Shown: one piece after another, positions 18,513 through 27,639 of the stretch
How the letters are laid out: every line of letters starts with the position of its first letter
How positions within the stretch are numbered: position 1 is the first letter of the stretch
Assembly (NCBI GenBank): GCA_964605735.1
Contig: CAZSDS010000001.1
Span: 573,864 to 637,863, forward strand
Reading direction: 5' to 3'
DNA length: 64,000 bases
From: an uncultured Candidatus Saccharibacteria bacterium
GTDB lineage: Bacteria > Patescibacteriota > Doudnabacteria > UBA920 > O2-02-FULL-48-8
Notes under the pieces: model-generated
What the model saw: the letters and a program-made list of their open reading frames with translations, nothing else
The model's database searches: none
Told to the model about the DNA's origin: nothing
Made by a program: the position numbers and the translations under genes

Positions 18513-18779
18513 TTAGCCTTTAAGCAATTCTTCCACTTTATTTATTAATTTTGCCTTATCCAGGCCCCCTGTAGAAAACAACTCGTTGTTTATGATGATT
18601 CCGGGGGAGGCAAAAATCATGTATTTTTGCACCATTTCCTGACCTGCAGGATCCATGACTGAAACATACTCGACTTTAACTTGAGGGTATTTGGGTTTGA
18701 ATTCCTCTTCCAGGAATTTTTTGGCTTCAGCGCAATGGCTGCAACCAGGAGTTGAAAGTTCGGTTATTTTTACATCCAT
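18513..18779 (-). CDS. Thioredoxin-like (glutaredoxin-like) small protein
   Basis: 88 aa. It has a CSHC redox motif in a thioredoxin-fold context and is the last gene of the copper operon. Confidence 0.75.
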   Translation of the reverse strand: MDVKITELSTPGCSHCAEAKKFLEEEFKPKYPQVKVEYVSVMDPAGQEMVQKYMIFASPGIIINNELFSTGGLDKAKLINKVEELLKG

Positions 18780-18826
18780 ATAATTTACGTTAGCGCTTCC
18801 GGCTGTCCTACAAAGGACCGCATGCT

Positions 18827-19042
18827 CTAGGCGGCTGGCGATGAGCTGTAGCCCATATCTTTAATTGCATTATTGAAATCTTCTGGCTTCAATTTGGATT
18901 CGTCGTAAGTGACTTCGCCCAATTTGGAGTCTAAATCCACTGAGGCGGCGCTCACGCCGTCCAGATTCTGCCAGATCATTGTAATGCCAGTTGCGCAGGC
19001 ACCGCAATGCATGCCTGTGATGTTAAATTTTTGGTGTGTCAT
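18827..19042 (-). CDS. copZ: Copper chaperone CopZ (heavy-metal-associated domain)
   Basis: 71 aa with the HMA motif MHCGACA and a ferredoxin-like fold length. Confidence 0.9.
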   Translation of the reverse strand: MTHQKFNITGMHCGACATGITMIWQNLDGVSAASVDLDSKLGEVTYDESKLKPEDFNNAIKDMGYSSSPAA

Positions 19043-19331
19043 ATCTTCTTCCTGAATTTAATAGTTTTGAAATAATTTTTGAGATTATCCAAATAATCAA
19101 TAAGTCCACAATTATCACTACTGCGTATCCAAATGTGGTTGGTGTGCCGAAAATAATATCGGGTTGTGGAATAAACAAATTATTGATTCCTGCTGCCGTG
19201 AGCAGAACCAGAGGCATCATTGTAACCATAATGGCTGCAGATTCAGCCCAAACCATACCCATGGCACCTAATAACCACAAAAGCCCTAGAATCACTACCA
19301 AACTGACAAAAACTCTTTTTGCTGAAAACAT
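19023..19331 (-). CDS. Small hypothetical membrane protein (3 predicted TM helices)
   Basis: 102 aa and hydrophobic. It lies between copA and copZ and overlaps copZ by 20 nt. Confidence 0.5.
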   Translation of the reverse strand: MFSAKRVFVSLVVILGLLWLLGAMGMVWAESAAIMVTMMPLVLLTAAGINNLFIPQPDIIFGTPTTFGYAVVIIVDLLIIWIISKIISKLLNSGRRYDTPKI

Positions 19332-19332
19332 A

Positions 19333-21624
19333 TTAGTTACTCCCCTCTTTTTCCTGCATCTTTTCCATGGCAGGTTTGTACAATCTCAGCATCATAGCTG
19401 AAAGCACCACTGAAACGGACGAGAAAGCCATGGCAAATCCTGCAACTTCCGGACGCAAACTGCGCAATAATTGCGGCGCCCACTCAACAGCAAACAGAGC
19501 GCCGGCTGCCACTGGAATCGAAATGATGTTGTAGATAAATGCCCAGAACAAGTTTTGCTTAACTTTAGAGATAGTTTTACGAGCCAACTGAATGGCTGAA
19601 ACCACATCACGCAAATCGTCTTTGATCAAAACAAAGCTTCCGGTTTCAATGGCCACATCAGTGCCGGACCCAATGGCAATACCCACGTCAGCTTGAGCCA
19701 GCGCAGGGGAATCGTTGATTCCATCCCCTACCATAGCCACAACCTTGCCTTCAGACTGCAGCTGTTTAACAACCTCTGCTTTCTTTTCCGGCAAAACTTT
19801 CGCCATGACGCGGTCAATCCCCACTGTGCGAGCAATCGCTTCTGCGGTGTTTTGGTTGTCACCTGTGATCATGACCATCTCTATGCCCATTTTCTTAAGC
19901 TCAGCAATAGCCTCTTTTGCATACGGCTTCAAAGTGTCGGCCATGGCGACCAGGGCCTGTACCTTGCCGTCTACCGCTGCAAAAATAACTGTCTTAGCCT
20001 CACTGGCGAGCCTGCTCAATTGCGGAGCAAGACTGGCGTGTTCAACACCTGCCTTGTCCATCATAGCTTCGTTCCCAACCACAATATGCAGTTTCTTGAT
20101 GTCCCCTTCCGCACCCATACCAGCTGTTGCTTTGAAATTTTTCAGCTCCTCCACTTTAGCTCCCTTGCTTTGCGCGTATTTAACAATTGCCTGAGCCAGC
20201 GGGTGTTCTGAGCCTTTTTCCACTGCGGCAATTAAAGGCAGTAACTCGGCCTCGCTGTAATTTCCAGTCAGGACAATGTCAGTCACAGCGGGCTCACCCT
20301 TGGTCAGGGTTCCAGTCTTGTCAAAAGCAATGGCGTTCAAATGCTTTGCGCGTTCAATTGCTTCACCTCCTTTGGCCAAAATCCCATACTCAGCACTTTT
20401 CCCGATGCCAACGATCAAAGCCATAGGAGTGGCCAAACCCAAAGCACACGGACAGGAAATAACCAGCACAGCAATTCCTTTTATCAAGGCCTCGCGGAAC
20501 GGGAAATCGCCCACAAAATACCAGGCTCCGAACACAAGCACTGCCAGAACAATGATAAACGGCACAAAATATTCAGCAATTTTGTCGGCTAAGCCCTGGA
20601 TAGGGGCCTTGGTCGCCTGTGCATCCTCAACCATGCGCACAATCTGGTTAAGCAAAGTGTCCTTGCCGACTTTCTCAGCTTTGAATTTGAACAAACCGTA
20701 GGAGTTAACCGTGGCACCAATCACCTTGTCCCCTGCTTTCTTGTTCACCGGCATACTTTCGCCGGTAACGACTTTTTCGTCTATCGCAGTTTCTCCTTCA
20801 ATCATTGTTCCGTCCACCGGAACTTTTTCACCCGGCTTGACTATGACTGTGTCGCCAACCTTAACCTGATCAACAGGAACTTTCATTTCTGACCCATCTC
20901 GGACCACAGTCGCTTCTTTCGCTTCCAGTTTCAAAAGTTTTTTCACTGCATCAGAAGCTTTGGCGCGGGCGGTAATTTCCAAATATCTTCCTAGCAAAAT
21001 AAACGACATCAAAGCCGCGGATGATTCCCAATATGGGTGGTCGATATTAAAGAATAAAAATCCGATCATGGAATACAGGTATGCGGCGGTGGTACCCAAA
21101 ACAACCAGCACGTCCATATTCGCACTGCCTGCGCGCAAAGCAGACCAGGCATTGCGGTAAAACGGCCACCCTACTCCAAACTGCACCCACGTGGACATGA
21201 TCCAGTAAATGTAGTTCAAATCAATGCCGCCGATGGCATGCACGTGCTTCAAGTTGAAAATGTGCACGGCCATGTAGTAAACGATAATCGGCGTGGAAAT
21301 TGCAAATGCCAGCCAAACGCGGCGCTTGGCAGAAATCATTTCCTGTTTGCGATGCTTTTCCACTTCGCCTGAATGGTCTTTTTCCTCATCTGGACGGACA
21401 AGGTCATAACCTAATTTATGTAAAAACTCGTCCATCTGGACCAGGGTGATTTTGGCCGGATCAAAAGTCAGTTTTACGCGTTCTGCGCCGAAGCTGGCTT
21501 CCGCCTGCAAAATCCCCGGCTGTTTGGCCAACAACTTGTTAATCAAAAGCGCGCACGCAGCACAATGCATGCCGCGCACGCGCAGGACCAAAGATTCTGT
21601 TTTCGCCACTACTGCTTCTGGCAT
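19333..21624 (-). CDS. copA: Copper-translocating P1B-type ATPase
   Basis: 763 aa. It has an N-terminal HMA domain (MHCAACA), the CPC metal-translocation motif (CPCALGLATP) and the DKTGTLT phosphorylation site. Confidence 0.95.
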   Translation of the reverse strand: MPEAVVAKTESLVLRVRGMHCAACALLINKLLAKQPGILQAEASFGAERVKLTFDPAKITLVQMDEFLHKLGYDLVRPDEEKDHSGEVEKHRKQEMISAKRRVWLAFAISTPIIVYYMAVHIFNLKHVHAIGGIDLNYIYWIMSTWVQFGVGWPFYRNAWSALRAGSANMDVLVVLGTTAAYLYSMIGFLFFNIDHPYWESSAALMSFILLGRYLEITARAKASDAVKKLLKLEAKEATVVRDGSEMKVPVDQVKVGDTVIVKPGEKVPVDGTMIEGETAIDEKVVTGESMPVNKKAGDKVIGATVNSYGLFKFKAEKVGKDTLLNQIVRMVEDAQATKAPIQGLADKIAEYFVPFIIVLAVLVFGAWYFVGDFPFREALIKGIAVLVISCPCALGLATPMALIVGIGKSAEYGILAKGGEAIERAKHLNAIAFDKTGTLTKGEPAVTDIVLTGNYSEAELLPLIAAVEKGSEHPLAQAIVKYAQSKGAKVEELKNFKATAGMGAEGDIKKLHIVVGNEAMMDKAGVEHASLAPQLSRLASEAKTVIFAAVDGKVQALVAMADTLKPYAKEAIAELKKMGIEMVMITGDNQNTAEAIARTVGIDRVMAKVLPEKKAEVVKQLQSEGKVVAMVGDGINDSPALAQADVGIAIGSGTDVAIETGSFVLIKDDLRDVVSAIQLARKTISKVKQNLFWAFIYNIISIPVAAGALFAVEWAPQLLRSLRPEVAGFAMAFSSVSVVLSAMMLRLYKPAMEKMQEKEGSN

Positions 21625-22040
21625 TAGATTACCTCAAGCGTCCCGATCATATCGAAATGATCCCGGGTTTCGCCATTAACCTCGCCCTTGCCGCATGGAA
21701 CTGAACAATAAAAATTAAATTTACCTTTTCTGGTTGCCACCACGCTTCTTGTCACGGTTTTGTTCGCTGGCATTTTCTCGTTAACCCCGTAACCGTCAAT
21801 ACCAATACCGTGGTCGTAATCATCCTCGTTGATGAAAGTAAAATTTATTTTGTCTCCGGCGTTTACCTGGACGTTTGTCACATCCCAGCGCCATTCGTCC
21901 TTAACTGCCCTGATGGTTATGTTTACTTCTTTGCCAGTCGCCTCAACCACCTTATCACTTTGCCCTTTCATGTTTTTAAAGATAACTCCGCCTACCAGGA
22001 ACACCGCAACAACAATTCCGATAATAACGTACTTGTTCAT
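21624..22040 (-). CDS. Cupredoxin-like copper-binding protein (signal anchor)
   Basis: 138 aa with an N-terminal TM helix. C-terminal residues C..C..H..M are arranged as in cupredoxins (FYCSVPCGKGEVNGETRDHFDM). Confidence 0.55.
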   Translation of the reverse strand: MNKYVIIGIVVAVFLVGGVIFKNMKGQSDKVVEATGKEVNITIRAVKDEWRWDVTNVQVNAGDKINFTFINEDDYDHGIGIDGYGVNEKMPANKTVTRSVVATRKGKFNFYCSVPCGKGEVNGETRDHFDMIGTLEVI

Positions 22041-22042
22041 AT

Positions 22043-24613
22043 TTAAACCTTAATCCTTTCTTCGTTTAAGTATCTAAAGATAAATGGCATAACTGCCGCA
22101 ATCAACAAGATCGAGACCAGAGCCAGCAACCATTTAGGCAGGCCCTGGGACGGCAAAGGTTCTCCTACATTGACCCAGAATTCCGCCAGCCTGACCTCGC
22201 TTGGATTGTCTTGCGTGACGAATTCGGTGAAAATTTTGTAGCGGCCCGGTTCAGGGAAAGCAAAAGCAATTCGCATATCCTTTTCGTTGAAGCTTATTAT
22301 TTCCTCGCCGGGGGCAGTGCCGTGCATATGACCTGCACCTTCATCAGCCTGCGCCTTGGGAATCAAGGACCAACTCAGCGAAGATGGAGCTGAACCGTGC
22401 ATATGCGCCCCTCCCCCATGGCCGTCAGTTCCTATCATGCCGTAATTGGTATGCAAATGATGATAGTGCCTTACGTCAGGAGAAATAATGTTAATGTGCA
22501 TGTTCTCTTCCAGATATTTGCCAAGAGGGATATCGAACCCGCCGGCATCAGTGACGGCAAAACCAATGTTGTGTTCAGTGCCTGCATACAATTGTGTTGC
22601 GGCTTTCATCGTCACCACCAGGTTATCTTCCAATTCTTGGACTCTGGAAAAGTCAGGTTCATAGTTTGCCACAACTGCGCCGCCCTGAACCGTCAGGTCA
22701 GCCATTTTTTGCGTAACATGCGCGCCGTTATAAACTATTCCCGGCCAGATTGAATAGACTCCTGGCTGGTCAAACACATGATCAACCACAAATTTTCCGT
22801 TCACCACTTTCGGGTGGATGTGGAAGAATTCGTTTAAGTCTCCCTGGCGGGCACCAACCACGTGCATTGGTTCGCCATGTGAAATCTCCAGATTTGTCTG
22901 AGCCTGTCCGGTTTTGATATCGATTACCTCAAACGACAAAGTGGTAATAGTGTTGCCGCGAACCGTCCTGTCCGCGGTAGTCATTTTTATTTCCACCCCG
23001 GATTCTGCCGGGGTCATGGCGCCGTGGGCGTGGTCGTCAGGCGTGCCAGGAGCATGAGCATGATCGTCCATCATATCCATATGCCCCCCGTGCATTGGCG
23101 CCACCTGATACTTGTACCAATTTGGGATTGTTATAGCAAAGAGCAGGTAAAGGAAAAGCACGGCTGTTATGGTATATGCACCAAACCATTTGAAGGCACG
23201 AACTGCCTCCGGGTTATTGGCGTCAACATCCTTTTTCTTTCGGCGCCAATTCCAGATCATTGGAATGGCAATTAAAGTCACCATCAGCCAACTGCCGTAT
23301 TTAAGGTAAGGACCGGTTGGCATTTCATGAGTGTGGGCAATGCCGCCGAACTGGTTGGCATATTGAGTCATGAAAGAAGCCTCCTGGGTGATCTGTTCCA
23401 GCAATGAATGCAGGCCGGAGTAAACATACCAATCGTGGCCAAGCAAACCGAAGGTCAAAATAAACGCGCCTACGCCAACTACGCCCCAGGCAGTGGCTCG
23501 AGTCAGCGCTTCGCGGCGCTTCATCAACACCGTCAGGGCATCAACGCCAAGTACTGCCAAAATTGCCAACAGCAACAGCGGCGTTACACGGCCAACGGCA
23601 TGGATGAAGGTCAAAAACCATCCCTGGCTCATGCTCCCCACAGTGGCAATGTGCGCGAGCAAAACATAAAAAGCCGGGTTCGGGCAGCCAAGCCCCACAT
23701 TACCCAGCAACAAACCTAGTAAAAATCCCTTTGCTGCGTCTTTTCTGTCCTGAATAAATTTTGGAAACGCACCTGCGTAAGTTGGGACGCGCATTTTGAT
23801 CAGACCGAGTTCGCCAAATCCGAATACCACAGCAAACACACCTGCAATCAGATACATAGTGTCTTTGGCGCGGTCCAGACCAACCACTTCACCAAGCTTG
23901 GCAATCAAGGCGCCGTACATACTGAGAGTCAGCGTAACTCCAAGTGCAAAAGCAAAAGCAATAGTTAATCCTTTTTTAGGATCTTTGCCCATGGCCAGCG
24001 GAACAATCACGAATGCCAGCGGCAAAGTACAAGGCAGAACAATCATGGACAAACCCGTGGCATATGAAAATGCCAGCCAACCTGTCTGATCTTTGGTTGT
24101 GCTGGACAACCAGAACAACCCAATCAAAATTATCGAAAACAAAACAAAAGCAGAAACTACCAGTGCAATGCGGAAACGTTTCTGCTTGTCGCTTAAGGTC
24201 AGCTTAGGGCCAGCCGGAGTGCTTGTTGAGGATACAATCTCAGTTTTTGCCGGCTGGTTTTTAGGGGAAAATGTGCTGAAGAATACTGCCAGCGATCCGC
24301 CAAGGATGGCCAAGTCCCGAAAAGTCACTGCATCAATGCCATATAAGAGCAAAATCGCGACCATTTCCAGGGCTGAAATAAAAGCCGCTGGCCTCAAAAA
24401 GAATCCTGAAATGAATGCCAGCGCCAAAAGTATTTCCACCCCGCCCTGGATTTGGATAAACGTCAGGACGTCCACTGGCAACAGGTTTTTGACCCAGAAT
24501 GGGACGAAATTTGACCAGGACGCCGGACTCGTCATTAAATCAAAGCCGGAGAAAATATAAGTAAAAGCCAAACCAAAACGAAGAATTAGGTTCGATACTT
24601 TTGAATAATTCAT
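22043..24613 (-). CDS. Large multidomain membrane protein. Domains: an N-terminal DoxX-like TM domain, a DsbD/CcdA-type thiol-disulfide transporter core, and His/Met-rich periplasmic metal-binding segments with a C-terminal TM anchor.
   Basis: 856 aa. The N-terminus (FTYIFSGFDLM...) is DoxX-like. The LPCTLP motif sits in a multi-TM core typical of CcdA/DsbD. The soluble part carries His clusters (HGGHMDMMDDHAHAPGTPDDHAHGAM, HYHHLHTNYGMIGTDGHGGGAHMHG and GAGHMHGTAPG). Confidence 0.6.
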   Translation of the reverse strand: MNYSKVSNLILRFGLAFTYIFSGFDLMTSPASWSNFVPFWVKNLLPVDVLTFIQIQGGVEILLALAFISGFFLRPAAFISALEMVAILLLYGIDAVTFRDLAILGGSLAVFFSTFSPKNQPAKTEIVSSTSTPAGPKLTLSDKQKRFRIALVVSAFVLFSIILIGLFWLSSTTKDQTGWLAFSYATGLSMIVLPCTLPLAFVIVPLAMGKDPKKGLTIAFAFALGVTLTLSMYGALIAKLGEVVGLDRAKDTMYLIAGVFAVVFGFGELGLIKMRVPTYAGAFPKFIQDRKDAAKGFLLGLLLGNVGLGCPNPAFYVLLAHIATVGSMSQGWFLTFIHAVGRVTPLLLLAILAVLGVDALTVLMKRREALTRATAWGVVGVGAFILTFGLLGHDWYVYSGLHSLLEQITQEASFMTQYANQFGGIAHTHEMPTGPYLKYGSWLMVTLIAIPMIWNWRRKKKDVDANNPEAVRAFKWFGAYTITAVLFLYLLFAITIPNWYKYQVAPMHGGHMDMMDDHAHAPGTPDDHAHGAMTPAESGVEIKMTTADRTVRGNTITTLSFEVIDIKTGQAQTNLEISHGEPMHVVGARQGDLNEFFHIHPKVVNGKFVVDHVFDQPGVYSIWPGIVYNGAHVTQKMADLTVQGGAVVANYEPDFSRVQELEDNLVVTMKAATQLYAGTEHNIGFAVTDAGGFDIPLGKYLEENMHINIISPDVRHYHHLHTNYGMIGTDGHGGGAHMHGSAPSSLSWSLIPKAQADEGAGHMHGTAPGEEIISFNEKDMRIAFAFPEPGRYKIFTEFVTQDNPSEVRLAEFWVNVGEPLPSQGLPKWLLALVSILLIAAVMPFIFRYLNEERIKV

Positions 24614-24712
24614 TATATGTTTATTTTAGATTTCTGGGGACGAACTTTTATGTACACTAATTATAGCACAAATATGCGTTTTTGTAAAAAATTTGCGCTT
24701 AGCTCAGTTATG

Positions 24713-25399
24713 TTAAACAACATCTTTTGGGTTGAACGGTTTAGTCTTCCCCGGAGCCAAATCACCCAGTTTGAGCTTCCCAATCCTTATTCTTTTTAAA
24801 TTTCTGACTGAATAACCCAGCTCCCCGAACATTTTCCTGACTTGGCGGTTCATTCCTTCGTGGATTGTCAGATAAACAGTGGTCCCTGCAGTGCGCAATT
24901 TTGCCGGGGCAGTTTTTTTGCCGTCAATAATCATCCCACTTTCAATTTTTTCTATCCGACCCGCGGAAAGCTCTTTGTCCAGTTGGACTTCGTATTCTTT
25001 TTCATGCTCAAAAGACGGATGAGTCAGCTTTTGGGTCAGGTCGCCGTCATTGGTAAACAGCAAAAGCCCTTCAGTGCTGAAATCAAGCCGCCCGATTGGC
25101 CAGACAACATTTTTCAATTCCGGCGGCAGGAGCTGAAACACAGTTTTTCGCGCGCGCGGATCATCCCGCGTAGTCATGTAACGCTTGGGTTTGTTCATGG
25201 CCAAATACAAAAACTCGCGGCGAGGCTCAATTTTCCGCCCGTTCACGACTACACTGTCCTTGTCAGGGTCAACCTTGGTTCCCAACTCCCTGACAATTTT
25301 TCCGTTAACCCGAACTTTTCCGGCCTTGATCATCTCTTCCGCATGTCTTCTTGAAGCAACACCGGCTGATGACATGAATTTTTGCAAGCGTTCCAGCAT
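24713..25399 (-). CDS. rluB: Pseudouridine synthase, RsuA/RluB family (S4 domain plus catalytic domain)
   Basis: 228 aa. AGVASRRHAEEMIKAGKVRVNG is the S4 domain. The catalytic-Asp region reads YLAMNKPKRYMTTRDD. Confidence 0.88.
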   Translation of the reverse strand: MLERLQKFMSSAGVASRRHAEEMIKAGKVRVNGKIVRELGTKVDPDKDSVVVNGRKIEPRREFLYLAMNKPKRYMTTRDDPRARKTVFQLLPPELKNVVWPIGRLDFSTEGLLLFTNDGDLTQKLTHPSFEHEKEYEVQLDKELSAGRIEKIESGMIIDGKKTAPAKLRTAGTTVYLTIHEGMNRQVRKMFGELGYSVRNLKRIRIGKLKLGDLAPGKTKPFNPKDVV

Positions 25400-25454
25400 T
25401 TATGTAGAATTACTTTGTTGGTTAATTACCCTTACTCTGTAGAGTTCACATCCA

Positions 25455-25487
25455 CAGTTATCACTGATATTTATCAGTTATCACTGA
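25455..25487. repeat. 13-nt direct repeat cagttatcactga x2 (20-nt period) in the divergent rluB/25513 promoter region
   Basis: Exact copies at 25455-25467 and 25475-25487. Confidence 0.6.
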
Positions 25488-25512
25488 CGTTCGAACAATA
25501 ACCTATTATTCT

Positions 25513-26004
25513 ATGAAAAACAAGAGATTTTCCTTTTGGGATTGGTATCAAAAACATTTTACCATTAATGTGACTATTGCGTCTTTTTTGTTCGCCCTTC
25601 AGCTGTTTCACTTATACTGGCTGTTCACTGACGTGGTTTTGGAAAGGCTTACGGGGCGCAGTTATTTTTTCTTGGATTCAGTCTGGGGCCGGTACTCAAT
25701 TTTTTTCGACTATACTGAAGTGCCAGCTTTGGTGACTACCAGCTTTGTCTATATTCACCGCTTGCGGGAAAAATTTTCCTACAAAAACCTGCTATACCTT
25801 TTAATGGTCAACTCTCAATGGCTGCACATTTTGTGGATCACTGACGAATTTGTCCTCGACCAATTCGCCGGCCGTGACATCTTCATCTGGGGCAGTGCCC
25901 TGGCCTGGATTGCAATTTTAATCGATTTCCTGGAACTGCCGGTGATTTACGACACCATCAAGCAAACCGCCCAAGAATGGCAAAAGAAAAAAGCCGGAGC
26001 CTGA
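25513..26004 (+). CDS. Hypothetical membrane protein (about 4 TM helices)
   Basis: 163 aa and Trp/Phe-rich hydrophobic. I recognise no family. Confidence 0.5.
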   Translation: MKNKRFSFWDWYQKHFTINVTIASFLFALQLFHLYWLFTDVVLERLTGRSYFFLDSVWGRYSIFFDYTEVPALVTTSFVYIHRLREKFSYKNLLYLLMVNSQWLHILWITDEFVLDQFAGRDIFIWGSALAWIAILIDFLELPVIYDTIKQTAQEWQKKKAGA

Positions 26005-26011
26005 CCAAAAG

Positions 26012-26368
26012 TCATGCGACGGCTGTGGACTGTTTCCTTGCGGAAGCGGTCTTTTTTTGTTTTGAGGTTGTTTTGGGAACGGGTTCTGAAATGACAGGCG
26101 TGTTGACGAGAACGTCCAACAGCTTGAACTTGTCCTCAATAATCTCAAAATGGACATGTACGGTGATTTCTCCGTTTCGGCGGAGTTTTCTGCACTTGTA
26201 CTGAGCTGTCACTTGGCAGGTGTACTGCAGGTGTGACTGCGGCAAATCCTTTACAATCGGTTTGGTGATTTCACACCCCACCTCGCCAAGCTTTCGTTGT
26301 GCAGCATGGATTGCAAAACTTTCCATTGAAAGGTGCTTTCCCAAGTCTTCGCACAGGTAGCGAACCAC
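26012..26368 (-). CDS. Hypothetical protein with a Lys-rich C-terminal tail
   Basis: 118 aa. GTG start at 26368 with GGAGG 7 nt upstream. It has its own minus-strand promoter (TTGTCA-N17-TAGAAT at 26405-26433). I recognise no family. Confidence 0.5.
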   Translation of the reverse strand: MVRYLCEDLGKHLSMESFAIHAAQRKLGEVGCEITKPIVKDLPQSHLQYTCQVTAQYKCRKLRRNGEITVHVHFEIIEDKFKLLDVLVNTPVISEPVPKTTSKQKKTASARKQSTAVA

Positions 26369-26438
26369 AAAGCCTCCGTTTAAACTAACTCGAAACTAAA
26401 TACTATTCTACTCCCGTAAAATCTAACTGACAAGGGCA

Positions 26439-26470
26439 GAAAAAAGCCGCCAATAAGGTATCGGCGGCTG
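26439..26470 (-). terminator. Rho-independent terminator after gene 26501..27049
   Basis: On the minus strand, hairpin agccgccgataccttattggcggct followed by tttttctg. Confidence 0.7.
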
Positions 26471-26500
26471 AAAAATTCCCGCACAGGCCACTCGCACGGC

Positions 26501-27049
26501 TCAATGGACTCCCGACTTGCTGTCATCCTCGTCAGGGCGGGAAGAGCCCTTGAGATAACCGGCAGGCCCCGGGGTTTCTGAGCTGACCACCACCCCATCT
26601 TGCACTGGCTCCGTGTTGGCTAAAGTGCGGACGAATGATTTGGTTCCGGGCCTTTGGTATTTGTATTCATAAAGGGGTAGGCCTTCGAACTTGATTTCGA
26701 TGACCTCCGGTTCCCAATCTTCATTTCGGATGCAGAACAGCCGGCACTTGGCCTTCAGTTTCTTGCCGTCGTGCAGTTCAATCTCCGCCTCGATCTTCCG
26801 GATCAGGCAGTGACTGTGGGCATCCGCCTGCTCGCTGGAGAGCATATCCTTTCTCTTGAGCGTGGTGCTCGTACTGCCGATGTAAAAGGTTGCACGAATC
26901 CAGCGGCCGCACTCATTGAAAGGATCGCCGCGAAGAATTTCGCGGATCATTTCCTCTGCCCTGATCAAGCCTGGGTCACGGTACTCTTTTCTGCCAAACC
27001 TGCTGACCCATTGCGTTCTAACCCATCTGCTCACTGCCAGAAAGCCCAT
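26501..27049 (-). CDS. Hypothetical protein (182 aa)
   Basis: I trimmed the start to ATG 27049, which is preceded by aagggggg (SD). The longer track ORF would overlap the tRNA-Lys terminator. It has its own minus-strand promoter (TTGACT-N17-TAATTT). I recognise no family. Confidence 0.5.
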   Translation of the reverse strand: MGFLAVSRWVRTQWVSRFGRKEYRDPGLIRAEEMIREILRGDPFNECGRWIRATFYIGSTSTTLKRKDMLSSEQADAHSHCLIRKIEAEIELHDGKKLKAKCRLFCIRNEDWEPEVIEIKFEGLPLYEYKYQRPGTKSFVRTLANTEPVQDGVVVSSETPGPAGYLKGSSRPDEDDSKSGVH

Positions 27050-27121
27050 ATACCCCCCTTGGTAAAATGCTCGGATGCAAATATCCTGAGCATGAAAATT
27101 ACCATAAATAGCTTTTTCAGT

Positions 27122-27153
27122 CAAAAGAAAAAACCCGACCATCAAGGTCAGGT
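27122..27153 (-). terminator. Rho-independent terminator directly after tRNA-Lys
   Basis: On the minus strand, hairpin cctgaccttgatggtcagg followed by a T-run. Confidence 0.65.
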
Positions 27154-27161
27154 ATTTTCTT

Positions 27162-27236
27162 TGGTGGGTGTGGAGCGGATCGAACGCTCGACCCTCTGCT
27201 TAAAAGGCAGGTGCTCTACCACTGAGCTACACACCC
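27162..27236 (-). tRNA. tRNA-Lys (anticodon UUU)
   Basis: Hand-folded: GGGTGTG acceptor, GCTC-AGTGGTA-GAGC D arm, CCTGC-CTTTTAA-GCAGA anticodon arm (one C.A mismatch at 27-43), GAGCG-TTCGATC-CGCTC T arm, encoded CCA. Confidence 0.88.
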
Positions 27237-27263
27237 CCTTGTCACGCATACAAACGCCTCAAT

Positions 27264-27291
27264 ATTATACAGATTTCACGGTTTTTATCAA
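27264..27291 (-). promoter_or_regulatory. Sigma70-like promoter for tRNA-Lys
   Basis: Minus strand TTGATA-N16-TATAAT ending about 25 nt upstream of the tRNA 5' end. Confidence 0.6.
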
Positions 27292-27308
27292 GTCCGTGCA
27301 TGAGGATA

Positions 27309-27337
27309 TTGACAGGCAGACCATTGCGCTCTAGAAT
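27309..27337 (+). promoter_or_regulatory. Near-consensus sigma70 promoter (divergent from the tRNA-Lys promoter)
   Basis: TTGACA-N17-TAGAAT. It drives the 27366..27593 small ORF/transcript. Confidence 0.65.
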
Positions 27338-27365
27338 GTTGTTCGTGCATCAAGCAGGAGGAAGT

Positions 27366-27593
27366 GTGTCTGAATTCGAGCTTCGAGCCTGGAAAGTTCA
27401 TCCTCATAGCCAGTCATTTGATTGGGAGAAAACGCTCAGGGCCTACAGATCCAGCCTAGAGATCATCAGAACGGACGGCAACAGAGCTCTGGTCAAAGGC
27501 AGTGAAGCAGAGGTTAGGCGCCTCAACAAAATCAGCAAAGGCAGAATTCTTTTCTCGCCCGTCACGCCCCACCCCAGGGAAAAAGTCAAATAG
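27366..27593 (+). CDS. Small hypothetical protein (about 75 aa, GTG start), or alternatively the body of a roughly 300-nt sRNA
   Basis: Framed by a near-consensus promoter and an intrinsic terminator. AGGAGG lies 4 nt before the GTG. The frame matches track ORF 27300..27593, trimmed to be downstream of the promoter. I recognise no family. Confidence 0.4.
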   Translation: MSEFELRAWKVHPHSQSFDWEKTLRAYRSSLEIIRTDGNRALVKGSEAEVRRLNKISKGRILFSPVTPHPREKVK

Positions 27594-27611
27594 ATTTTCA
27601 GTCCCTCACCG

Positions 27612-27639
27612 AAAGTGTCTCTGACACTTTCTTTTTTAT
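27612..27639 (+). terminator. Rho-independent terminator
   Basis: Hairpin aaagtgtctctgacacttt followed by cttttttat. It overlaps the dnaJ stop codon on the opposite strand. Confidence 0.7.

Noticed and set aside
24640-24712. tRNA-like start gcgcttagctcagtt upstream of the rluB 3' end
   Set aside because: There is no GAGC D-stem partner, no anticodon arm and no T arm. It is just a chance match to a tRNA 5' motif.
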